Shown here one piece after another: positions 48,196 through 58,189 of a stretch of 64,000 bases of DNA (position 1 is the first letter of the stretch; the number at the start of each line of letters is the position of its first letter). The stretch lies in assembly GCA_963752285.1 (NCBI GenBank), contig CAVVXN010000001.1:128001-192000 (forward strand), in the 5' to 3' direction. Both the position numbers and the translations under genes were made by a program. The notes beneath the pieces are model-generated. The model was not told the DNA's origin, searched no databases, and worked only from the letters and a program-made list of their open reading frames with translations. This DNA comes from an uncultured Planctomycetota bacterium (lineage in GTDB: Bacteria > Planctomycetota > PLA2 > JAEUHO01).

Positions 48196-49254
48196 ATGGG
48201 GATGCAAGGCACGCTGCCCTTGATCGAGGTGCGCCGAGGTGGGCATCTCGAGTCGGTCCACCGCGGGTCGCTCGTGGTGCTGGACGGCCGACGGACCGTC
48301 CTCTCGTACGGCGCACCTGCGACGCTCACGTTCTACCGCTCCACGAGCAAGCCGCTCCAGGCGCTCGTGGCCGTGACGAGCGGCGCGGTGGACGCGTTCG
48401 GCATGGACGACGCGGAGCTGGCCCTCGCCGCGGGAAGTCACAACGCCGAGCCACGGCACCTGGCGGCCGCGCGGTCCATCCTGGCGAAGGCCGGCCTCGA
48501 CGAGAGCGCGCTCCGGTGCGGCGGGCACTGGTCGATCGACCCGGACACCGCGTTCGCACAGCGCCGCGAGGTCGAGAAGCCCCCAGCGGTCTTCTCGAAC
48601 TGCTCGGGCAAGCACGCGATGATGCTCGCGACCGCGAAGCACCTCGGGCTCGACACCGACTCGTACCTCGACCCGGCGCATCCGGTGCAAGCGACGATCC
48701 GCGCGCACGTCGCCCGGCTCGCCGAGATCCCCGTGGAGGCGGTCGCCGTCGGGGTGGACAACTGCGGGGCCCCGGCATTCGCAGTCCCGCTCGCCGCGAT
48801 GGCCCGTTCTCTCTCGCGCTTCGCCGCGCCCGACCTCGAGCTCGAGCCCTCTCTCGCCGCGGCCTGCCGGCGCGTGGCGCGCGCGGCACGCGCCCATCCC
48901 CACATGATCGCGGGCCGGGGCCGCTTCGACACCGACCTGATGGTGAGCGCCTCCGCGCCGCTCGTCGCCAAGGCGGGCGCCGAGGGGGTGCACGGCTGGG
49001 CGGTGGTGGACCGCGGCCTCGCGATGGCCGTAAAGGCCGCCGACGGCCGCGACCGCGGCTATCGCCGGCCCGTCGTCGAGATCCTCGCGCGCCTGGGTCT
49101 GCTCACGCCGGAGGGGGCGGACGGGCTCCGCGACCGGCAGTGCGACGTCGTGATCCGGAACTGGGTCGGCCGCGAGGTCGGACGAACGGAACTCGCGCCC
49201 GACCTGGCCGGCGCGATCGCCAGGCTCGCGCCGGCGGGCGACCGGGTACGCTGA
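48196..49254 (+). CDS. Asparaginase II (Rhizobium-type) family protein
   Basis: ESVHRG, RSTSKPLQA, NCSGKH, DNCGAP and KAGAEG motifs. Confidence 0.9.
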   Translation: MGMQGTLPLIEVRRGGHLESVHRGSLVVLDGRRTVLSYGAPATLTFYRSTSKPLQALVAVTSGAVDAFGMDDAELALAAGSHNAEPRHLAAARSILAKAGLDESALRCGGHWSIDPDTAFAQRREVEKPPAVFSNCSGKHAMMLATAKHLGLDTDSYLDPAHPVQATIRAHVARLAEIPVEAVAVGVDNCGAPAFAVPLAAMARSLSRFAAPDLELEPSLAAACRRVARAARAHPHMIAGRGRFDTDLMVSASAPLVAKAGAEGVHGWAVVDRGLAMAVKAADGRDRGYRRPVVEILARLGLLTPEGADGLRDRQCDVVIRNWVGREVGRTELAPDLAGAIARLAPAGDRVR

Positions 49255-49261
49255 GCACGGA

Positions 49262-50155
49262 ATGCGTCGCGTACGGACGCCCCCCCGGATCGCGCCTCGT
49301 CCGAAAGACGCCCACAAGGCATCGGTCGGACGCGTCCTGGTCGTGGGCGGGAGCCGCGACCTCGTCGGCGCGCCCACCCTGGCCGCGCTCGGCGCGCTGC
49401 GCGCGGGCGCGGGGCTGGTTCGCATCGCGGTCCCGGCCTCCCTGCAACGGGCGGTCGCGACGATCCGACCCGAGGCGACGACGGCGGGCCTCCCCGAGAC
49501 GGAGGAGGCGTCCCTCGCGCCCGCCGCGCTCGACGAGCTGCGGGCGATCCTCGACGCGTGGGACGCGGTCGTGCTCGGCCCCGGTGGCGGCCGCGCGCCG
49601 ACGACCGTCGTGGCCCTCGGCGCGCTCGCCTGCCGGATCGCGAGGCCGCTCGTGCTCGACGCCGACGGTCTCTTCTCGCTCGGCGCCGACCCGTCGCGAC
49701 TACGCGAGCGGCGCGAGGCGACGATCGTGACCCCGCACGAAGGCGAGGCGGCACGCCTCCTCGACACGACGTCGAGCCACGTCCGAGCCGATCGCGAGCG
49801 GGCAGCGCTTTCGCTCGCCGCGACGACCGGGGCGGTGGTCGTGCTGAAGGGGCCCGGCACGATCGTGACCGACGGCGAACGGCTCTTCACGTCGCGGCGC
49901 GGCGGGCCGTGGCTCGCGACGGGCGGAACGGGCGACGTCCTCTCGGGCGTGGTCGCCGCGTTCCTCGCGGGTCTCCCCGGCACCGGCGGCGACGCGTTCG
50001 GCGCGGCGTGCGCGGCGGTCGATGCACACGGCCGGGCCGGCGACGCGGCGGCGCACGGCCACGACCGGGGGCTCATCGCGACGGACGTCGCCGAGGCGCT
50101 CCCCGACGCGGTCGCCACGCTCGTGGGACCCGCGCGCGGTACGCGGAAGCGATGA
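49262..50155 (+). CDS. nnrD: NAD(P)H-hydrate dehydratase
   Basis: HK..GRVLVVGGS, GPG, VLDADG, TPHEGE, LKG and ATGGTGDVLSG motifs. Confidence 0.92.
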   Translation: MRRVRTPPRIAPRPKDAHKASVGRVLVVGGSRDLVGAPTLAALGALRAGAGLVRIAVPASLQRAVATIRPEATTAGLPETEEASLAPAALDELRAILDAWDAVVLGPGGGRAPTTVVALGALACRIARPLVLDADGLFSLGADPSRLRERREATIVTPHEGEAARLLDTTSSHVRADRERAALSLAATTGAVVVLKGPGTIVTDGERLFTSRRGGPWLATGGTGDVLSGVVAAFLAGLPGTGGDAFGAACAAVDAHGRAGDAAAHGHDRGLIATDVAEALPDAVATLVGPARGTRKR

Positions 50156-53100
50156 GGAGTCGCGTGAAGCGCGTCCTCACCGCGGTCGTCGTCGTCGTCG
50201 TTGGGGTGCGGGCCACCGCCGCGGCGAACCGCTACGCGCCGCTCCCCCCCGCGATCGCGGCGATCGAGGTGGCACCCGCGGACGCCGAGCGCGCAACGGC
50301 CGCGATGGCGGCGCTCGAGCGCGCGCTCCGGGCCGGGCGGGACCTGTCGGCGGCCGAACCCGACGCGCGCGGACGCGCGATCCGGGCCGCGCGGCAAGCC
50401 CTCGTGGGCCTCGGCGACGCCGGACTGGTGGCGGCGAGCCGCCGGCTCGAGGCGGGCGAAGTGCCCCCCGGGCTCGTCGCGGAGCTCCTGCCTGTGATCG
50501 GGGTGGCCGAGAATCCCGCCGCGGACGACGTGCTGCGCCTCGCCGCCGGCGAGCCGAACGCCGCCGAGCGCATGCTCGCGGCCGACGGACTCGCGTGGGG
50601 GCGCACGCACGCCGCCGTAGACGCGCTCGTCCACCTCGCCGAAGATCCCGTGCCCGGCGTGCGGAGCGCCGCAGAGCGCGCGCTCTTCGCGATCGACACG
50701 CCGCGCGCCGCGGAGGCGCGCGCCGCGCTGCCGCCCGAGACGACCACCGAAGCAGCGGCACGACGACTCCACGGGCACGCCGCGCGGGGCGACACGGCGG
50801 AGTCGCTCGTGGACCTCGCGCGGGCGAGCTGGGAGCACGGCCGGAGCCCGTCCGAGCGGCTCGAGGCGGCGGCGCTCCTCGTCACGGGGCGGTTCCGGGT
50901 GCCGCTCGACCTCCTCCTCTCCATGGTGCGCGAGCTGGGGACCGATCCCGTCGGCGCTACGGCTTCGCGCCTCGCGCTGGGCGCACCGCGGTTCGGGTAC
51001 GACCCGTTGCTCGAACGCCGGATCGCGATCCAGGCGGCGTGGCTCGTGCGTGCACACCCCGACGCGAGCGACGCCCTCCGGACCGAGATGCTCGGCCGGC
51101 TCGTGGACTGGCTCGCGCGACCGGCGGACGTCGATCCGTTCGACCCGCGGCCCGCGCCGGAGGTCGTGCTCCGCATGGTGCTGCCCGACTTCGGGGCGTC
51201 GATCGTGGAGCCCACGGTCGCGCGGCTCGTGGACGGCCGTTTCCACGACCCGCAGGAGGGCGTGTTCCTCTTGACGGAGGCGCTCCCGCCCGACGGCGCC
51301 GCGACCGCGCTCGGCCGGGTCCTCGACGCCACGCCGCCCGCGGCCGAGCCGGTTCGCGTCGCCGCCGTGGAGGGGCTGGAACGCATCGGCCGCGTGGGGG
51401 ACGAGGCGCTCGCGCTCCGTCTCACGGCGGCCAGCCAGCCCGACGGGCTCAAGCGCCGCACGGCGCGGGCGCTCTACGCCGAGCCGAAGCCGTTCGCGCT
51501 CGACCTGCTCGGCCGCTGGCTCGGCGGCGACGACCCGGTCCTGCGCGAAACGGCGATCGAGACGCTGGAGCGGAGACCCGGCATCGAGGCGCGCCGTCTC
51601 CTCGCGGCGCATCTGTTCACTGATCCCCTCCACTACTACCAGCGGCTGCACCACCTCGTCGAGCCGGCCGACGACCTCGCGTTCGATGTCCTCACGCGCG
51701 CGCTCGCGAGCCCGCAGCTCGGTCTGCGCGAGGCGGCGCTGGCCGCGCTGCGGACCGTGCCGGCGCTGTGGACACCGCACGGGCGCGCGCTGGTGCTTGG
51801 CTACGAGCCCCGCGCGGAGGGTCGGGAGGCGCGCACGCTCGAGCTCGAGGAGTGGCTGACCGCGCGGTTCGTCCTCGCGCGGGACACCGTGATCCCGTAC
51901 CTCCGCGCGGCGTGGCCGGAGCTCGTGCGCCTCGCGTGGGCGGACCGACCCGTGCGGAGCCTGCAGAGCTTCCGCGGCCCCGACGCGGACGCGGACGTCG
52001 TGGACCTCGTGCTCGAGAAGGTCGGTTGGGACGGCGCGAGGTTCAACGCGGACAAGGACATGTTGATCGCCGCGACGACGGCCCTCGCGGGGCGGACGGG
52101 TCACGAGGACGAGGAGCTCGACCGCGTGTGGCGCGCACTCCTCGAGCAGGACGACCTGGACGTCGCGATGAGCGCGGTGCGCTCGCTCGCGTTCCCCGGG
52201 CGCGGCGACCTGACGGCGCCCCTCCTCGGCGTGCTCGCGCGCGTGCGCGGCGACACGAACGAGAGCAGCGGCGTGAGCGACGTCCAGTCGGTCCTCGACG
52301 CCCTCGAGTTCCAGCCGGAGCCGCCGGTCGAGTCGGCGCTCGTCGCGCTGCTCCTCGACCCGCACGTGGAACCCTCGCTGCGCACCGAGGCCGGTCAGCG
52401 TCTCGTCGGTCGCGTGTCGGAGAAGGGCCGCGAGACGCTGGTCGCCTGGCTCCTCGACAAGGACGCGCCGAGCGCGGATCTCGGCGTGCAGCGTGTCGTG
52501 GCCCGAGCGGTGGGCACCGGCAGTGGACCGACGGTCCCGACTCGCTTCGTGAAGGCCCTCGAGGCGGGCGTCGAATCCTGGCTGGGCGACCCCGCGCACC
52601 TCGACCCGGACGCGCTGTACGAGCCCGACGACGCGCCGCGCGCCGCGCTGCTGACGCGCGTCGTGGCGTTCAGCGGCGACGACGACGCGATCGCACGGGC
52701 GGCGGCACTGCTGTTCCGACCGGGATTCGCGGTCTATGCGTGGCGCACGGTGGACCGGGGGTCGGCGACGCTCGCGCCCGCGGACGCGTCCGCCGCCACC
52801 GCGTACGGCCCCGAGGTGAACGCGCGCCGCCACCGCGGGGAGAGGGCCTACTCCGTCTTCCCGGACGAGGCGATCGGAATCCTCAACGCCCTGGCGGTCG
52901 TCCCCGACGACCGGCTCGACGCGGCGGTTGCGCGCGCGATCGGCGACGGCTCCGATCTCGTGTCGTTCCCCGACCTCTATCTCGACGTGGCCGTCGCGGT
53001 CCTCCACGACCTGAAGGAGGGCGACCACCCGAAGACCGCGGCCCGCCTCGAGGCGCTCGCGTGGCGACTCGCTCCCGTCGGCGGCGCGGCCGACTTCGGT

Positions 53101-53796
53101 CTCGCGTACGAGAGCGCGGGCCGGAACGTCGAGTCAGGTCGATTCGCAGAGGCCGCGGCCGACGAGGCGCGCGCGGTCGGCATCCTGGCGCGGCGCGACT
53201 ACGACGACGACCGCGGCTGGCCGTGGCGTCGCGAGCACGCACGCCTCGTCGCGATGCGCGCGGCCGCCGACGCTGCGGCGGGTCGGATCGACGACGCACG
53301 GCGGGGATTCGACGCGGCACGAGCGCTGAGTCCGTACGACCCGGCGGTCTTGGGGACGATTGCCGACCTCCTCGCGCGCCTGCGCCTCGACCTGGACGTG
53401 GCCCTCGCGGACGCGCTTCGCGCGACGACGCTCGAGCGGCGCATGAACCGGCTCGGCGAAGCCTCCACCGAGAACGGATGGGTCCTCGCGCGGGTGCGCC
53501 TCGCGCGCGGCGAGGTCCGCGAGGCCGCGGACCTGCTCGACGTGCTCCACCAGAAGAACCGCACGGACGCGCGGACCGCGAGCGGCATCGAGCTCGACTA
53601 CGCGCGGGCGCTGGCGCGGTCGGGCTACGAGTCCGACGCCGCCGCGGCCCTGACGAGGGCCCTGGTGGAGAATCCCGCCCTGGCCGAGAACGCGGCCGGA
53701 TGCGAGGCCTTCGCCACCTGGCGAACGGACGGGCGGCTGAAGAGGATCACCGATGCCGCGCAACGGGAGCGCGAAGCCCGCTCGATCGACGACTGA
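50152..53796 (+). CDS. Large HEAT-repeat protein with C-terminal TPR-like repeats
   Basis: ATGA overlap with nnrD; repeats such as DPVPGVRSAAERAL and DDPVLRETAIETL; TPR-like C-terminal helices. Confidence 0.75.
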   Translation: MRSRVKRVLTAVVVVVVGVRATAAANRYAPLPPAIAAIEVAPADAERATAAMAALERALRAGRDLSAAEPDARGRAIRAARQALVGLGDAGLVAASRRLEAGEVPPGLVAELLPVIGVAENPAADDVLRLAAGEPNAAERMLAADGLAWGRTHAAVDALVHLAEDPVPGVRSAAERALFAIDTPRAAEARAALPPETTTEAAARRLHGHAARGDTAESLVDLARASWEHGRSPSERLEAAALLVTGRFRVPLDLLLSMVRELGTDPVGATASRLALGAPRFGYDPLLERRIAIQAAWLVRAHPDASDALRTEMLGRLVDWLARPADVDPFDPRPAPEVVLRMVLPDFGASIVEPTVARLVDGRFHDPQEGVFLLTEALPPDGAATALGRVLDATPPAAEPVRVAAVEGLERIGRVGDEALALRLTAASQPDGLKRRTARALYAEPKPFALDLLGRWLGGDDPVLRETAIETLERRPGIEARRLLAAHLFTDPLHYYQRLHHLVEPADDLAFDVLTRALASPQLGLREAALAALRTVPALWTPHGRALVLGYEPRAEGREARTLELEEWLTARFVLARDTVIPYLRAAWPELVRLAWADRPVRSLQSFRGPDADADVVDLVLEKVGWDGARFNADKDMLIAATTALAGRTGHEDEELDRVWRALLEQDDLDVAMSAVRSLAFPGRGDLTAPLLGVLARVRGDTNESSGVSDVQSVLDALEFQPEPPVESALVALLLDPHVEPSLRTEAGQRLVGRVSEKGRETLVAWLLDKDAPSADLGVQRVVARAVGTGSGPTVPTRFVKALEAGVESWLGDPAHLDPDALYEPDDAPRAALLTRVVAFSGDDDAIARAAALLFRPGFAVYAWRTVDRGSATLAPADASAATAYGPEVNARRHRGERAYSVFPDEAIGILNALAVVPDDRLDAAVARAIGDGSDLVSFPDLYLDVAVAVLHDLKEGDHPKTAARLEALAWRLAPVGGAADFGLAYESAGRNVESGRFAEAAADEARAVGILARRDYDDDRGWPWRREHARLVAMRAAADAAAGRIDDARRGFDAARALSPYDPAVLGTIADLLARLRLDLDVALADALRATTLERRMNRLGEASTENGWVLARVRLARGEVREAADLLDVLHQKNRTDARTASGIELDYARALARSGYESDAAAALTRALVENPALAENAAGCEAFATWRTDGRLKRITDAAQREREARSIDD

Positions 53797-53812
53797 CGGT
53801 CGCACCGTACGT

Positions 53813-54820
53813 CTAGGTTCCTACCCGGTCGGCCAGCCAGACCAGCCAGTTCGTCAGCCATGTCTCGAGGTCCTGGACCTCCTTCGGGATGCCGTAGCCC
53901 TGGCGGGTCGTCAGCTCGTACGCCCCGAAGAAGAGGACGCGGCCGTTCGCGGGGTCGGACGCGATGAGGACCGGCAGCGTGGCCCCGCGGTCGGGTGAGA
54001 CCTCGAGCAGGGTCGCTGCGCCGTTGGCGACACTCTCGACCGGCCAGCACTGGCTCGTGCCCCAGGGCTTGTCGCCGGTGCCCTTGACGCCCCAGATCGC
54101 GCGGCTCCAGCGCGGCCACGCGACGAGGCGGCTCACGGGGTGCGTCACGCCGGGGTCCGTGACGCGGAAGGGCTTCATGCCGCCGAGCACCCCGGGCAGG
54201 GGCGAGCCTTCGAGGGGGAGGCTCTTCGCGACGGGGATCAAGGGACCGAGCACGGGGTTGTCGAGCATCGATCCGCCGTCGGGACGGCCCGGGATGGCGA
54301 GCAGGCCGAGACGGTGGTCGTGCACGCGCGCGGCGACCTCCACCCAGAAGGCCTCGGGGAAGCGGGCGACGTCGATCGCGTCGAGGACGAGCACGTCGAT
54401 GGCCTCCCCCTCGAAGATCGAGGCCTCGGGCATGGCGTCGAGGACGTGGGCGTTCTCGAGCGCGCCCGGCGGCGGCGCGCCGCTGCCGGAGCTCGGCGGG
54501 GACGGCTCGACCCACGCGGTGACCTTGACCTTCGGCTTGCTCCCCCACCACTGGGAGAGCGACGCGGGCACCCGCTCGACGTATCGCGTCAGCAGGAGGA
54601 CATGGAGCTCGCCGCCCACCGGGTACGCCTCGATCGGCGGTTGCTGCTCGGGCGGCGGGGCCACGAGCGTGGTCCCGGTCCCGGTCGGCGCGGTGGGCGC
54701 GGTGGCGGGGGTCTCACCGGACGGGACCGTCGGCGTCACCGGGGATCCGATGACGCCCAACGCGAAGAGCGCGGCGACGACGGCCGCCGCGATCACGAGC
54801 AGGATGACGACAGTCCGCAC
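53813..54820 (-). CDS. Membrane-anchored hypothetical protein, possibly class I GATase-like fold
   Basis: N-terminal TM helix and Pro/Thr linker; IDVLVLD, GLLAIPG and GRVLFFG strands. Confidence 0.6.
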   Translation of the reverse strand: MRTVVILLVIAAAVVAALFALGVIGSPVTPTVPSGETPATAPTAPTGTGTTLVAPPPEQQPPIEAYPVGGELHVLLLTRYVERVPASLSQWWGSKPKVKVTAWVEPSPPSSGSGAPPPGALENAHVLDAMPEASIFEGEAIDVLVLDAIDVARFPEAFWVEVAARVHDHRLGLLAIPGRPDGGSMLDNPVLGPLIPVAKSLPLEGSPLPGVLGGMKPFRVTDPGVTHPVSRLVAWPRWSRAIWGVKGTGDKPWGTSQCWPVESVANGAATLLEVSPDRGATLPVLIASDPANGRVLFFGAYELTTRQGYGIPKEVQDLETWLTNWLVWLADRVGT

Positions 54821-54928
54821 CGGTGGTCCTCCCGAGGGCCGCTCCCCATCCAGCAGGCCGGGGGGCCCGAGGATACCGGCGATCGGACAGGGTCGGGCGC
54901 GGCGCCGCGGGGCGGGCTCGCGTGCCGG

Positions 54929-55054
54929 CTACGGGAACTTGCCGCCCTGGGCGCGACGACGGTTCACGATCTTGCGACCGCGGCTCGTCTTCATCCGCGC
55001 GCGGAACCCCACTCGCTGCTGCTTGGTCTTGGTGTTTCGCCGTCGGACGTGCAT
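54929..55054 (-). CDS. rpmH: 50S ribosomal protein L34 (missing from the ORF track)
   Basis: MHVRRRNTKTKQQRVGFRARMKTSRGRKIVNRRRAQGGKFP with the GFRARM.T..GR signature; GAGGTG RBS. Confidence 0.92.
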   Translation of the reverse strand: MHVRRRNTKTKQQRVGFRARMKTSRGRKIVNRRRAQGGKFP

Positions 55055-55079
55055 GGCCCACCTCGGTGCCGGGGGGGGG

Positions 55080-55136
55080 AATGTTCGCCGGGGGCGGGGC
55101 CGAGTCAAGCCCGCCCAGGCCTGGCGGCCCTACAAT
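55080..55136. promoter_or_regulatory. Back-to-back sigma70-like promoters
   Basis: Minus strand TTGACT-17 nt-AACATT towards rpmH; plus strand TACAAT (55131..55136) 7 nt before ATG 55144. Confidence 0.45.
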
Positions 55137-55143
55137 TCCGGCG

Positions 55144-55797
55144 ATGGAGACCGGCGTCTGCCCCGCGTGCGCCCGGCCGTACACGAGCGGTGAGGTCACC
55201 GGCCTCGGGATCCTGCGGTCGCGCCCGGAGGCGCGGGGCGGCCCGTACGTCGAGTTCTCCTGCCCGGGGTGCGGGCGACAGATCCTCTTGATCCCCCACG
55301 GAGAGGGCCGATTCGCCCCGCCGGGCGCCCCCCCGCCCGAGACGGTGCCGGCGGACCAGCGCCGGGTCCCTTGGGCAGGCCGGCGCGAGGCGCGCCGCAG
55401 GCCCGGGACGCCCGCCGCCGGACCCGCGCCGGAGGACTCCGCTCCGGAGCCGGTCGTCCTCCATCCCCCTCCCGCCGCGAAGCCGCCGCCATCGCCCGGG
55501 AGTGGGCCGCCGGCGTCGCCGGCGCGGACGGCCGGGCCCGAGGAGCGGGTCTCGGGCGGGGTCTCGGGCACGGGGGCGGCGGACCCCCCGATGACGGTCT
55601 CGGAGGCGATCGGGATCCTGGGCGTCCCGCTGACCGCCGACCGGAAGGAGATCGAGAAGGCGTTTCGCGAGAGGAGTCTCGCGTGCCATCCGGACAAAGT
55701 GGCTCACCTCGACGCCGAGTTCCAGGCGCTCGCGGAGCGGAAGTTCCGCCGGCTCCGGCAGGCGTTCGGGATGCTCGTCCCGAACGAGGAGTCGTGA
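55144..55797 (+). CDS. Zinc-ribbon plus C-terminal J-domain protein
   Basis: CPAC...CPGC, Pro-rich linker and ILGV..IEKAFR..CHPDKV. Confidence 0.85.
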   Translation: METGVCPACARPYTSGEVTGLGILRSRPEARGGPYVEFSCPGCGRQILLIPHGEGRFAPPGAPPPETVPADQRRVPWAGRREARRRPGTPAAGPAPEDSAPEPVVLHPPPAAKPPPSPGSGPPASPARTAGPEERVSGGVSGTGAADPPMTVSEAIGILGVPLTADRKEIEKAFRERSLACHPDKVAHLDAEFQALAERKFRRLRQAFGMLVPNEES

Positions 55798-55861
55798 TCC
55801 GGACCGGGCCGGACCCCGCCGGGCTGGTCAGGCGGCACGTACCCTGCTCAAATGCCGGTCC

Positions 55862-56812
55862 ATGAAGGTCCAGCGCTGTCCCTCCTGCGGGGCCCGCTTC
55901 AACATCGAGCGCCTCGGCCCCGGTGAGCGCTTCTCGTGCACACGTTGCGGAGCGAACGTGAACGTCGTCCAACCCGTTCGCTTCTCCCCGGGGCTCCTCG
56001 TCGCGGGGTTCCTCGTCCTCGGCTCGCTGTTCGTCTGGAGCCCGGTCGGGCGCTCGGCCGGTCTCGTCTGGCCCTGGGAGCAGGCCACGCAGTCCGGCGA
56101 GCTGACGGTGCTCGTCGGCGTCGTGCTCTGGGCCGCGATCGGCGTGTGGACCGTGCTCGCCTCGCTCGTGCCCGGCGCAGGACACCGGAGCCTGCCCCTC
56201 GTCGCGCTGGCGGCGGTGGCGCTCCTGTCATCGAGCTCGGGTCCGGGGCCGTTCGAGATTCGCGAATCGCGGCCGTTCGTCTGGATGGCCGGCGTCTCGG
56301 TCCTCGGGGCCGGCCTCGTGCTCGCGCGCCGCGGCGACACGACGCGGCTCGCGCGCGCGGTGCTCCTGGTCGGTGCGATCGCGGTGGCGGCCTGGTTCCT
56401 CACCACCTTCGACCCGAAGGGGCCGGGGCGCATCGAGAGCCTCGTCGGCGAGGTCGGCGAGGTCTTCCAGAAGCGACTGCGCCCGGAGCACCAGGGCCTG
56501 GACTACATCCTCGGGCACCTCGCGGGTCAGCTCGGGGTCGCGCTCGTCGCCGGGGGGGCGCTCCTGTACGCGTGCGGCCTCCGCGCGCGGACCTTCGCGC
56601 TCGTGCTCATGATCCTCCTGGTGACCGCGCTCCTCCTGCCGGGCGCCGCGCGGCTCGGCCAGTCGCTGCAGGGCGGTTTCGAATGGGCCGACGTGCGGCG
56701 GGTCGCGACCTCCGACGTCGGACAGGTGCTGGTGCTCGACGGACTGGCGCTCTGGGCGCTCCTCGTCTTCGCCGTGGCGGACCTCGTCGGGGCGAGAGGA
56801 GAGGTGGCGTGA
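55862..56812 (+). CDS. Zinc-ribbon polytopic membrane protein
   Basis: CPSC...CTRC followed by multiple TM helices. Confidence 0.75.
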   Translation: MKVQRCPSCGARFNIERLGPGERFSCTRCGANVNVVQPVRFSPGLLVAGFLVLGSLFVWSPVGRSAGLVWPWEQATQSGELTVLVGVVLWAAIGVWTVLASLVPGAGHRSLPLVALAAVALLSSSSGPGPFEIRESRPFVWMAGVSVLGAGLVLARRGDTTRLARAVLLVGAIAVAAWFLTTFDPKGPGRIESLVGEVGEVFQKRLRPEHQGLDYILGHLAGQLGVALVAGGALLYACGLRARTFALVLMILLVTALLLPGAARLGQSLQGGFEWADVRRVATSDVGQVLVLDGLALWALLVFAVADLVGARGEVA

Positions 56813-58029
56813 GCGAGGAACGGCACTTCGAGGTCGAGCCCGAGGCGGGGTCCCTGCCCGTCGAGAGGAAGACCCCCGTCTCGCGACCGCCGCTCCCGAC
56901 GTCCCGGCGCGGTGCCCGCACGGAGGCGGAGAGCGTCCCGCCGCTCCCGCTCGCGCTCCGGCCCACGAGCCTGCTCGTCGTCGGCTTCGTGCTCGCCGTG
57001 TTGACCTGGCTCGGGTACCAGAACCCGTTCTCGAACGTGAACCAGCCGATGCCCTACTGGCCATGGGACCTGTTCCGCTCGAACCTCGCGGGTGGCGGCG
57101 GTCTCTCGTTCACGTGGGACGCGTACCGGAGCGTCGGCCTCGTGGGCGGGCTCGTCGTCCTCGGCTTCCTCGTGCTCGCGATCGCGCGCTCGGGACCGCG
57201 CCGCGCGGTGGCGATCTGGGTGTTCGTCGTGATCGCGGCGGTCCTCTACTGGCCGGATCCCGAGCGTGACATCGGGTTCCCGTGGGAGGTGGCGAGCGTG
57301 CTCGCGGCCGCGTTCGGCGCGGGCGCGGTGCTTCGGGCTCGGGGCGGACGGGTCCGCGAACGCGCGCTCCTGGTGGCAGGCGCGATCGCGCTCCTCGCGC
57401 TGCTCCTCCTCCCGCGCATCGACGAGTCCACGTGGAGTCCGCTCGGCTGGACGGCCGTACGACCGATCGTCGAGGTCGTGACCGGGTCGCGACCGGTGGG
57501 CTTCGACCACCTCCTCACGACCGCGAGCGGACTCCAGCTCGTCGGCCTCGCGCTCCTCTTCGTCGCCGGGGTGGTGGGCCTCCTCGGCCTCGGCGGCCGC
57601 TGGCTCGGGGCCGCCACGATCGCCGTCGCCGTCCTCACGGCCTTCGCGCCCCCCCTCGCGGCCCACGCGTTCGGCATCCCGGCCGCGCCCGACTCGGCCG
57701 CGCTGCCCGACCTCGTGTCCTTCACGTCGCAGCCGCGCTGGCTCGCCGACCTCGGGCTCGCCCTCGCCGCGGTGGGGACGCTCCTCGCGCTCGTCCGGGT
57801 CCGACCGGGCGTCGCCGTGGGGGCGGCCGGTCTCGCGGTGTGGATCCTCGCGGTCGTCGCGGCGACCACGGCCTACCGCCTGGGCGTGGAGGGCACGCGG
57901 AACTCCTCCGTCTTCTTCGGGGGTCTCCTGCCGGGCAGCCTCTGGCTCGGCGCGGGCCTCGGCCTGGTCATCGCCCCCATCGCGGCGGCGCTGGTGGACG
58001 GGGGACCGCCGAGGACCCGGCCCCGCTGA
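56809..58029 (+). CDS. Hypothetical polytopic membrane protein
   Basis: GTGA overlap with the upstream gene, GAGGTG RBS and many hydrophobic helices. Confidence 0.7.
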   Translation: MSEERHFEVEPEAGSLPVERKTPVSRPPLPTSRRGARTEAESVPPLPLALRPTSLLVVGFVLAVLTWLGYQNPFSNVNQPMPYWPWDLFRSNLAGGGGLSFTWDAYRSVGLVGGLVVLGFLVLAIARSGPRRAVAIWVFVVIAAVLYWPDPERDIGFPWEVASVLAAAFGAGAVLRARGGRVRERALLVAGAIALLALLLLPRIDESTWSPLGWTAVRPIVEVVTGSRPVGFDHLLTTASGLQLVGLALLFVAGVVGLLGLGGRWLGAATIAVAVLTAFAPPLAAHAFGIPAAPDSAALPDLVSFTSQPRWLADLGLALAAVGTLLALVRVRPGVAVGAAGLAVWILAVVAATTAYRLGVEGTRNSSVFFGGLLPGSLWLGAGLGLVIAPIAAALVDGGPPRTRPR

Positions 58030-58189
58030 AGGGGGACCGGACCGACCCGACCGCGGTACGCGGATCCGGCTCGGTCGCCTTCCCGGCCGCGCGGCGCGTG
58101 GGCTGGTACCTTGCGGACGTTTCCAGGAACAGAGGCCCGACCGCCTCTTTGCGCCCGCACCCCGCGGGACAGGGAGACCTTCCGACTTG

